This document shows, in pieces, positions 26,652 through 41,141 of a stretch of 64,000 bases of DNA. Made by a program: the position numbers and the translations under genes. Origin of the DNA: Eledone cirrhosa (lineage: Eukaryota); contig OZ024741.1 in NCBI GenBank assembly GCA_964016885.1, positions 46,934,001 to 46,998,000 of the forward strand, written 5' to 3'. The notes beneath the pieces were generated by a model that worked only from the letters and a program-made list of their open reading frames with translations, did not search any database and had not been told where the DNA came from. Position 1 is the first letter of the stretch, and each line of letters starts with the position of its first letter.

Positions 26652-26853
26652 ATATGCATATGCTATAAGCGTTCTTTGTTATTTATTATATTACGGCTCT
26701 GTCCTCTGACATTGAGCTAACCTTATACTGCCTGCTGGATAAGTGGAGTGTTATACACCCCTGATCCTTTCCCTAGTATACTATACGGCTCCCACTGGTT
26801 GAGCTTAAACTTTGATATACGCGGATTTGTGTCCTTGTATATTATCAGGCAGT

Positions 26854-29343
26854 ATGCTAACAAAGACATACTTACCCATTTCCTTGAAGAATATTCCCAC
26901 CCCCCCTAAAATCTCATATGAGAAATCATTGATAACTAGCATAAACTCATTCGTAAAATGTGTTCGGTGGCGTGCGTTCCACTTTGATAAGAAGTATGAT
27001 AGCCCTGAGGAGAGGCGTAGTTTTAATAATTATGGATTTAAGACCTATAGGAGCCCCCCGCATAATAGCCTGTTGGATAACTTCGAAAGTGAGCTATTAT
27101 CCCTTGTTAGGAATATTAGATATAAAAAATCTAGATGTACCAATAAATTTCAGAGTAAACTAAGTTCAATCGTTAGGGACTTTAGGGATAATAAATCCAT
27201 TCTGGTCCCCTCTGACAAAACTAAAAACTTATATAGTATGGATTATAAAACCTATCGAGGCTTCATTTATAATGAACTACATAGGAACTACAAAAAAACA
27301 ACGCAGAGTAATTTAGATAATATTAATCTGGAGGGGTATAACATAGTGGTAAAATTAGGTCTGGATAAACACACTCAGCCTTATTACCCCAAGCAGCCTA
27401 GATTCACCCTCAAGGACCACAAGGAAGATTTTATTAGCAGACCCTCAGTTAGGCTTATCTGCCCCTCCAAGTCTGACCTGGGGATTATTAGTAAGGGAAT
27501 CTTGGATAGCGTTATTCCCCTGGTTAGAGAAAAAACTTTCCTTGAGCTTTGGGGTAACAGTAGTGAGGTCATTATGTGGTTCTCTACGGATTGTGGTCGT
27601 GACTCACTAAAATTCATCCAATTTGATATTGATGCTTATTATACATCTATATCTCCTATTATCCTCAATAAGGCCCTCATCCTAGCCATGCAGAGGGGGG
27701 CAATTACTAGGCCACAGATAGATATTGTTCTCGCTGCACGTAAAACCATTATCATGTTTGAGGATAATCTATGGACGAGAAAAAACACACCTGATAATTT
27801 TGACATTACTATGGGGTCGAGTGACTCTGCTCAAGTCACCGACTTAGTTGGACTATACCTCCTCAATGAACTGCATAGTAACTTCCCTTTCCTTAGGGGC
27901 GGGTTGTACCGGGATGACGCCCTACTCTCCATAGATACTAGTAAGTATAATATAGTGCGCATTAGGAAAAAGCTGCATAGCTTTTTTAAAACATTTAACC
28001 TATCCATTACTATGGATGTAAATGATAGAACTGTGAACTTCCTAGATGTTACACTGGACTTGGATAACCATACGTACACACCGTACCATAAGCCCAATGA
28101 ATTGCTGACTTACGTGAATACCAACTCCAACCACCCTAGGTCTGTCATCAGCGGTATACTGAAGGGCGTATCTAACAGAATAAGTTCACTCTCACATAGT
28201 GAGGAGGCGTTTGACTCGCAGGCTGATTACTATAACGACGCCTTAGCTAGATCCGGCTTTAGGGACAAATTGTATTACACCCAGGGAAATAATGGTCCTA
28301 ATAGTAGCTCTACCAGTGTTGTTATAACACATAATATGTCCATTGGTAATCGAGGTGTCGCGAATGGGAGGGTTCTAAATGCCGGTGGAATGAAACAGCA
28401 GGACACCATTAGTCTAAGTAATAACAATAGAGGTGTCGTGAACGGGAGGTTTCTAGATGCCGGTGGAATGAACCAGCAGGGCACCATTAGTCTAAGTAAT
28501 AGCAATGGTAGTCCTCGTAGCTCCCCGCATGGACTAGGCGAGCATAGGAACCGTAGAAATAATAATGCTAATAATACTGATGGAAATAGTAAGAATAAAA
28601 AGAATAGAAGAAGATTGAATACATACTTCAACCCCCCTTTTAATTCTGAAGTGGCTATAAATATTCCTAGGGCCTTCTTCTCTGTGCTGGAACGGAACTT
28701 CCCTCCTGGTAATAGGTACCACTCTATCCTCAATAAGAATGTTGTTAAACTTTCGTATTCTACAACCCAAAATCTGGCCTCTCATCTGGCCATTACTAAT
28801 AATAAGAAAATAAAGGAAGGCCTGGACAACCTAAGCCTAGGTGAAAACTTGGTAGTGGACAGAGTGGGCAGAAACACTGGTGGTGATCATTCTGAGAATA
28901 GCATCACCAGAGGTTGTAACTGTAGAAGGGCTTCAGGCTGCCCCCTGAATGGTTTCTGCCTTGTTAGAAACATAGTTTATGCGTGTGATGTGGTAACTAC
29001 GGCGTCCACTAAGACCTATATAGGATCAACCTCCACCCCCTTTAAGACCAGGTTTAACTCTCATCAATGCACTTTTAGACATAATAAACTGAGGAACTCC
29101 ACCTCCTTGGCAGCGTACGTCCATAATTTAAAAAATGCACGAACACGTTACACACTTACTTGGCGGCAGGTTGCTAAATCCCATCCATATACTCCTCATA
29201 GTAGAGTATGTAACCTGTGCCTTGCCGAATCCCACTCTATTATATTTGCTAAATGCCCTCTACTAAATAGAAAGTCTGAAATTTTTTCCTCTTGCCCCCA
29301 CCGAATATTAAGCTCTTTCTTCTACTTTAAACCTGTTAGCTAG
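26854..29343 (+). CDS. Penelope-like RT plus C-terminal GIY-YIG endonuclease, 829 aa from the ATG at 26854
   Basis: SLKNIPTP..RWRAFHF..YGFKT N-terminus, SDKTKNLY, FDIDAYYTSI, ITMGSSDS, LYRDDAL, VNFLDVTL, CNCR..CPLNGFCL, IVYAC..YIGST, CNLCLAE..LNRKSE..CPHR. No internal stop. Confidence 0.95.
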   Translation: MLTKTYLPISLKNIPTPPKISYEKSLITSINSFVKCVRWRAFHFDKKYDSPEERRSFNNYGFKTYRSPPHNSLLDNFESELLSLVRNIRYKKSRCTNKFQSKLSSIVRDFRDNKSILVPSDKTKNLYSMDYKTYRGFIYNELHRNYKKTTQSNLDNINLEGYNIVVKLGLDKHTQPYYPKQPRFTLKDHKEDFISRPSVRLICPSKSDLGIISKGILDSVIPLVREKTFLELWGNSSEVIMWFSTDCGRDSLKFIQFDIDAYYTSISPIILNKALILAMQRGAITRPQIDIVLAARKTIIMFEDNLWTRKNTPDNFDITMGSSDSAQVTDLVGLYLLNELHSNFPFLRGGLYRDDALLSIDTSKYNIVRIRKKLHSFFKTFNLSITMDVNDRTVNFLDVTLDLDNHTYTPYHKPNELLTYVNTNSNHPRSVISGILKGVSNRISSLSHSEEAFDSQADYYNDALARSGFRDKLYYTQGNNGPNSSSTSVVITHNMSIGNRGVANGRVLNAGGMKQQDTISLSNNNRGVVNGRFLDAGGMNQQGTISLSNSNGSPRSSPHGLGEHRNRRNNNANNTDGNSKNKKNRRRLNTYFNPPFNSEVAINIPRAFFSVLERNFPPGNRYHSILNKNVVKLSYSTTQNLASHLAITNNKKIKEGLDNLSLGENLVVDRVGRNTGGDHSENSITRGCNCRRASGCPLNGFCLVRNIVYACDVVTTASTKTYIGSTSTPFKTRFNSHQCTFRHNKLRNSTSLAAYVHNLKNARTRYTLTWRQVAKSHPYTPHSRVCNLCLAESHSIIFAKCPLLNRKSEIFSSCPHRILSSFFYFKPVS

Positions 29344-30946
29344 CACTTCCTTATTCCTCCAGTTGGGCTGTCTTGTGTAACTGTCTCTGACGGTGTGTAA
29401 CTGTCTCCTATTGTTGGTCGTCTATGTATACGAGTCGGTGAATGTATACGTATGCCTGTGGGAGGATATTGATCTGGATATTGGGGTGTGCAGGGGAGTG
29501 TATGTTAATAAGCACCCCTGTTTGGCACAGTGGATGTAACCCATCCACGCTGGCCTACCCACCATTGGTGCATTGGTGGACCTATCCTGACGTATATCTT
29601 GTTGATCTGTACCTCTGTATGCGCATGAGTTGTGATGTAATGTATTTATGTAAAGCGTGTACTGCGATTTAGGCTGCACTAGTAGAAATTTAGCCTGTAA
29701 CTGTGGGCGGACCCGTGCCATCCCACCGTAAGCAGTGGATACGTGGCGCATGTACGTGTTGCCCTCATATTCTGTGGTTTAAGATCTACAGGCTGACCTC
29801 TGGGAGCTCTTGCCCGGGGTTGTAGTCTTCCTAGCACGATCGGCCTTCCATATATTGACGGTCGTTGTTATGATCCCGAAAGTAACGTTTTGGCCCCGAT
29901 AGCCCTCCGTAGTTACTAACGGTCTGTGTACACTCGAATCGGTCAATGGCACGTGCGGACATGAATATCTCCGTAGGATTTCAACTTTATTTTACTACAT
30001 CTCATCGTATGTATGTATTTATTTTGAATGTATTACCTGTGGTGGTGGGTCTGGTCTAATGTGGTATTTCGGTGTTTAATATCAGCTTTGACCCGTGTGT
30101 CCTACGCTGTGTGTGTGTGCATGTGTGTCCGTGTATACATTTATATGTGTATGGGTGTAGGTGGTTGTATGTGTCTGTATGTATATAAAAAAAAATATAT
30201 ATATATATATGTATACCGTCTCTGCATGTGCATGTGGTGTGTATACGTGCATATACGTGCTGAACATATTGATGTGTACAATCTTGTGATGTCCCAATGC
30301 GGTGACTTAATGGCTCTTGAAGCTATTTTTCATATATCTTCTGTCTTTTTATATATCTTTTGTATGCGCTACAACTGTGTCTGCTTGCTCTAACCCGCCT
30401 GCACCTCGCTTGCTAATGCACGTGAATTCTTCTACCTCCTTCGATGCACCTCTCTCTGACCATTGGACTCCTGCCCGGGTGTGAACCGGTTTGTGATTAC
30501 CCCACCGCTCAGCTGTGTGAATGCACACCCATGACTTTCGAGTGAACTTTTGAGACTGCCCAACCTGGGACGCCTCCATTGCCTTGCAATGGTCAAGTGA
30601 TACTGGTGACTGTGACACTTAGTGCCTTCGTGGGCCCCTGATGTTTTCAAGAAATATATTTTTAAAAAATGGTCAAGTGATACACATAACTGTGACACTT
30701 AGTGCCTTCGTGGGCCCCTGATATATTCAAGAGATATATTCTAAAAAAATATATATCTTATCTCAATTTACTTTACTTCATTTTATTTTATTTTATTTCA
30801 TTTCATGTTATCTAATTCTATTTATTTACTTACTTGACTCCATTTATTCATTTATTTATTTATTTATTTATTTATTTAAATTTAAATTTTAATTTTAAAT
30901 TTAAAATTTAAAATTTTAATTTTAATTTTATTTATTTATTTAATTT

Positions 30947-30986
<40 letters not shown>

Positions 30987-31604
30987 TTACATTTAATTAC
31001 ATTTAATTATACATTTAATTATATCTTACATTATATTATTTTAATTTAGTCTATGTTATTTGATTTTAGTTTACCTTATTTTATCTTATTGTACGATTAT
31101 ATTATATTATGTTCTATGTATATAATTTTTAATTTTAATTTTATATTATTTTATATTATTTTATCTCATTCCTTACCCTGTATCACTATTATCTGTATAT
31201 TTTATATTTTATATGTAAGTTTGTTATGTATTTCTTTGTATTTCTTTATATTTTCTTATTTTTATATATATTATAAGTCTGTTTTTTCACCTATTTTTTA
31301 CCTATTTTTTACCTACTCTTACCTAATCCCATCTATCTTATCTACTCTTGTCTGTTCTCTTATCCATGTGTCTACTCTTGTCTGTTCTCTTATCCATGTG
31401 TATGCTTGTATGTAACTATATGTTGACAGCACCCCGCCCAACTGTGACTGATAGCACCCCTTATTTTTCATCCCTTATTTTTCATTGCTTAGTATTCTTA
31501 TCTTTATTTTTACTTTTACTTCCTTAATATCCTTTATCGTCTATTATTACCTTTCATTCTTCAATGTCTTGGATTTGTTATTGCTTGTATGGTATGTAAT
31601 TAAC

Positions 31605-31662
31605 CTTTATGCTCTGATGAGTCCCACTTATAGTGCGGATGAAACAATGTTAGCAAGTAAAG
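31605..31662 (+). ncRNA. Hammerhead ribozyme, family A 3' repeat
   Basis: Identical to 26594-26651. Confidence 0.85.
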
Positions 31663-31811
31663 ATATGCATATGCTATAAGCGTTCTTTGTTATTTATTAT
31701 ATATTATATATATATATATATACATATATATATACATACATATATATATACATACATATATATATACATATATATATACATATATATATACATATATATA
31801 TATATACATAC

Positions 31812-31848
<37 letters not shown>

Positions 31849-31881
31849 CATATATATATACATATGTACATATATATATAC

Positions 31882-31974
<93 letters not shown>

Positions 31975-32081
31975 CATATATATATACATATATATATACA
32001 TATATATATATATAAATATATATATACATATATATATACATATATATATATATAAATATATATATACATATATATATATAA

Positions 32082-32215
<134 letters not shown>

Positions 32216-32229
32216 TATATACATATATA

Positions 32230-32680
32230 TACAATATTAATAAATGGAAACTATATTTATAAAACCATATTTATTTCATTATATATATTTCGGGGATATC
32301 ATATTAACAATATGCTATGCCTTCCTCAGACAAAATACAATATAAACAGTTTTATAGATAAATAGATTCGACATACCGTAACAACATCGACTTGTATTTG
32401 AAAAGGTTGATTTGGCAGACTTGAATACAAGTCGATGTTGTTACGGTATGTCGAATCTATTTATCTATAAAACTTTTTATATTGTATTTTGTCTGAGGAA
32501 GGCATAGCATATTGTTAATATGATATCCCTGAAATATATTTAATGAAATAAATATGGTTTTATAAATATAGTTTCCATTTATTTAATATTGTAAATATAC
32601 TCCAAATTCTTGTCGAGTGCTTTTATATCAGTTATAAATATTTACTAGTTGTAACCCAACAATTTAAATATAACTTTCCA
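32230..32680. mobile_element. Fold-back Penelope-like terminal repeat, family E: about 170-bp inverted arms, each with an HHR
   Basis: 32230-32400 is the reverse complement of about 32422-32593. HHRs at 32266-32344 (-) and 32478-32556 (+): CTGAGGA..GAAA-TATATA-TA. Confidence 0.8.
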
Positions 32681-32835
32681 TATATATACATATATATATA
32701 TATACATTTATATATACATATATATATACATTTATATATACACATATATATATACATATATATATATACATATATACATAAATATATATATATACATATA
32801 TATACATATATACATATATACATATATATATATAC

Positions 32836-32870
<35 letters not shown>

Positions 32871-33457
32871 CATATATATATACATATATATACATATATA
32901 TATATACATATATATATATATACATATATATACACATATATATACATATATACATATACACATATACATGTATATATATATATACATATACATATACATA
33001 TATACATATACATATATACATATACATATATACATATACATGTATATATATACATGTATATATATATATACATATACATATATACATATACACATATACA
33101 TGTACATGTATATATATATATATACATATACATATATACATATACACATATACATGTATATATATATATACATATACATATATACATATACACATATACA
33201 TGTATATATATATATACATATACATATATACACATATACATGTATATATATATATACATATACATATATACATATACACATATACATGTATATATATATA
33301 TACATATACATATATACACATATACATGTATATATATACACATATACATGTATATATATATACATATACATGTATATATATATACATATATACATGTATA
33401 TATATATACATATATACATGTATATATATACACATATACATGTATATATATACACAT

Positions 33458-33488
<31 letters not shown>

Positions 33489-33583
33489 CATATATACATG
33501 TATATATATACACATATACATGTATATATATATACACATATACATGTATATATAGATATATACATATACATGTATATATATAT

Positions 33584-36407
33584 AGAGATTATATCCTTAC
33601 CAGAAGACGTGACAGAGTGTCTGTTGTAAAGACTAAATCCCTCCCCCATGAAGAATGCACCTCCCAACATAGACTGATAATTAGCGACCTCATAGTCAGG
33701 ACGAGACGTACTCGACAGCAGAAGAGGACTATCCTCAGGAGAAAAATATGGAAGCTAAAGGACCCCACAGCCAGGAATAAATTCCAAAGCATATTACTTG
33801 ATACTTTCGACAGTAAGGAAGAACATTTAGAGTCGGACAATATAGAGGGAGAGTGGGAATTTCTGAAAGCAAACCTGCTGTTGGCGACAGACGAAGTCTG
33901 TGGCTGGAGCAGGCCTGTAGGCAGGAGGAGAGTAACATGGTGGTGGAACAGTAAGGTGGAGGGGTCAATTAAGGCCAAAAAGCAGGCTTGGAAAGTATGG
34001 CGGGATGGGGGAAGTAGAGAGGACTATCAAGTGGCCAGGAGGGAAGCTAGGAGACAAGTGTACTTAGCAAGAAGGGAAGCTGAGGAAAGAAAGTTCAAGC
34101 ATGTTCTACAACGCGATGACCAAAAACGTGAGGTGTTCAGGATTGCTAGGCAATGCGTCAAGGAAAACCGTGATATTGTCGGGGAGAAGTGTGTACTAAA
34201 CGACGATGGCACACTTGCCATCACCGACGCTGATAAGAAGGTAGCTTGGAAGTGTCACTATGAAAGGCTACTAAATGAGGAGAATAAATGGGAGAAAGAC
34301 AGTCTCCCCCATATCGACCCAATAGAGGGACCAGCAGTGTTAGTCGAGGGGAGTATAATAAGTAAGGCAATCAAGGATATGAAGACGGGTAAGGCGGCTG
34401 GGCCTTCGGAAATAGTTGCTGAGATGCTGAAGGCATCTGGCACGGTGGGACACACGATGGTTACCCGCATAGTTAACCAAGTCGTACAGAATGGGGTTGT
34501 TCCGAAGGACTGGCATAGCAGCATCATCGTTAACTGTTATAAGGGTAAAGGAGACGCCCTAGATAGGAGTAACTATAGAGGCATTAAATTAATCGACCAG
34601 GTCATGAAGGTCACGGAAAAAGTAATAGCGCAACTAATCAGAGAGAGAATTGACCTAGATGAAATGCAGTTCGGGTTTGTGTCAGGCAAAAGTACCACAG
34701 ACGCTCTTTTCATAGTACGACAACTACAGGAGAAGTACCTAGCTAAAGGTAAACCCTCTACTTAGCTTTTGTCGACTTGGAGAAAGCCTTCGACAGAGTC
34801 CCCCGCTCCATTATCTGGTGGGCTCTTAGAAAACTAGGCGTTGACGAATGGCTTGTGAGGGCTATACAAGCCATGTATAAAGAAACAGTCAGCAAGGTTA
34901 GAATTAACAACGAATATAGTGAAGAGTTTAGCGTAAAAGTTGGCGTCCATCAGGGCTCTGTTCTCAGCCCACTACTATTTATTATTGCCCTTCAGGCTAT
35001 AACAGAGGAGTTCAAGACAGGCTGCCCATGGGAACTCCTATACGCAGACGACCTGACACTCATAGCGGAATCAATGGCCGAGCTAGAGAAGAAATTCCAA
35101 ACATTCCAAACATGGAAGCACGGCCTAGAGTCAAAAGGACTTAAAATTAACCTGGCTAAGACCAAAGTACTAGTTTGTAGGAAAGAAAACAAGGCGGCGG
35201 TCCCTTCTGGGAAATGGTCGTGCTCGGTGTGTAGGAAAGGCGTAGGTAGAAACTCCATTTTATGTCCTAAATGCAAAGTATGGGTGCATAAAAGATGTAG
35301 TGGGATCACAGGTAAGCTAACTAAGAACACAGATTTTACATGTGGCCGGTGCTCTGGTGCAATAAGTAGCAGCAAGTGCCCACAAATACTAGCTCTTTCA
35401 ATTGCGCAGAGGGTTCTATAGAAATAGTGGACAGCTTCCGTTACCTGGGCGATAAAATCAGCAGTGGGGGAGGGTGCTCTGAAAGTACTGTAGCTAGAGT
35501 CAGAACTGGTTGGAAAAAGTTCAGAGAGCTTATACCACTATTAGCTGCTAAAGGGTTCTCACTAAAAATGAAAGGGCAGGTTGTACGATGCCTGCATACG
35601 AACAGCAATGCTGCATGGCAGTGAGACCTGGGCATTGTGTGCAGAGGATATACGCAGACTAGAGAGGAACGAAGCTTGCATGCTCCGCTGGATGTGTAAC
35701 AGTAATATACGTGAACGGCAAAGCATAAACGAACTAAGGAAAAAATTAGAGATAAGAGGGATCAGATGTTGTTTACTCGAGAGAAGGCTACGTTGGTATG
35801 GACACGTGATGCGCATGAAAGTCGATAGCTGTATAACAAAGTGCAGGGCAATAAAGATAGACGGTAGTCACGGAATAGGCAGACCTAGAAAAACCTGGGA
35901 CGAGCTGATAAACTCCGACATCACACACTTACACCTCTCCAAGACAATGTCACTGGACCGAGACCTTTGGCGGTACTCAGTAACAGAGAAGACCCGCCTT
36001 ACCTAAATATATAGTAAAACCTACTCCAGCCAGTAGGCATCTCTAACAAAATACACCCCGTCCCACCACCACCACCCCCACCCCATCCACACCACCCCGT
36101 TCTATGTAAAGTTATGTTGGTGCCGCGCCATCGAGGCCGAAACAAATGAGATCGTGTAGGTGTCACGACAAAAAAACACACAGTCCACGCTGTAATGTGG
36201 CCGTGTAGGCAACACGGTAAAAACCTCCCAGACCCACACTGTAAATGTGGTTGGTGTTAGGAAGGGCATCCAACTGTAGAAAACCTGCCAGACAGTCCTA
36301 TGCGAGCAAGACAATCACTCTTGCCTCAAGTGGGATTACCCCCGTCCAAACCCATGCAAGCGTGGAACACGGACGTTAAACGTTGATGATGATGATGATG
36401 ATGATGA
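33584..36407 (+). mobile_element. RTE LINE, longest copy (end of APE domain plus RT), frameshifted
   Basis: DYILTR..SQHRLI (APE end), TWWWN, the same RT as the 10485 copy, 9-nt duplication (FQTFQT), (GAT)n tail. Confidence 0.94.
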
Positions 36408-39994
<3,587 letters not shown>

Positions 39995-40457
39995 AACTTT
40001 GAATAACTTTGAAATGTTTTGGCCAGTATTGGCCCAGGCCATGTCTAACTTAATAGCACCACCTGGCGAAGTCTTTCAATTCAGGATTTGGGCACCATGG
40101 CCCATTCGAGAAGAGAATTACTGTTTGCGGAGACATATCCGGGTGTGGGTGGTTTGTCCGGGATTACTTGGAGGAATTTGTCCAAAGACTTCTTGAATTT
40201 TGTGTGGTCAGTTTCTGTTTTGACGTGTCCTGGTGTGATGTTGAAGAGAGCAGGGCCGATTGAGGTGAAATAATTGTGCCGTATTGTTGTTATGAGTTGC
40301 GATTTAGATTTTTGAATGGGACGGATAGCACGGGGCCCAAGCCTTGGGTGTATCTTGAAGGCGATGCCAACATCATTTGGGCAGTGATGATGGAACATTT
40401 TCCACATCATGCAGATAATATAACGCTCACGGCGACGTTGGAGTGAGTAAATTTTAA
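39995..40457 (-). mobile_element. 3' fragment of a second CR1/L2-type LINE
   Basis: [33 protein letters not shown] parallels the C-terminus of 7195-8556. Tail is (TTCAAAGTTA)2. Confidence 0.85.
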
Positions 40458-40504
40458 TATATATATATACATATATATATATACATGTATATATATATAT
40501 ATAC

Positions 40505-40539
<35 letters not shown>

Positions 40540-40551
40540 CATATATATACA

Positions 40552-40607
<56 letters not shown>

Positions 40608-40619
40608 CATATATATACA

Positions 40620-40727
<108 letters not shown>

Positions 40728-40804
40728 CATATACACATATATATATATATACATATACATATATATATATATACATATACACATATATATATATATACAT
40801 ATAC

Positions 40805-40835
<31 letters not shown>

Positions 40836-40867
40836 CATATACACATATATATATATATACATATACA

Positions 40868-40901
<34 letters not shown>

Positions 40902-40932
40902 CATATACACATATATATATATATACATATAC

Positions 40933-40966
<34 letters not shown>

Positions 40967-41141
40967 ATATATACATATATATGTAGGAGGTGAGTTTTAT
41001 TGTAGTACAATGAAGCAATGCAGATATCGGATAAGAAGCACTCTACAGTTTGTGGGACTGGAGTATGCATAATATAAGATCAAAAGATGGTTAAAGGAGT
41101 TCCATATAGAAGGAATTGGATTGGAGAAGTTGTTTGCGATA

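Larger units (their letters stand above)
25686..31702 (+). mobile_element. Full-length Penelope-like element, family A (Naiad-type), with about 1-kb direct pseudo-LTRs (25686-26691 and 30697-31702)
   Basis: Direct repeats at offset 5011, each with an HHR, flanking an intact RT plus GIY-YIG ORF; inserted in (TA)n. Confidence 0.93.

Noticed and set aside
26042-26668. Hydrophobic ORFs in the family A repeats (also 31053-31679)
   Set aside because: Low-complexity T-rich sequence, disrupted by indels in the 53 kb copy.
29344-30600. SECIS element or selenoprotein recoding in the Naiad-type element
   Set aside because: ORF has no in-frame TGA, and I found no convincing ATGA..AA..GA stem.
30590-30650. 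HDV-like or twister ribozyme in the 80-bp unit
   Set aside because: Could not build the required nested pseudoknot or conserved catalytic residues by eye.
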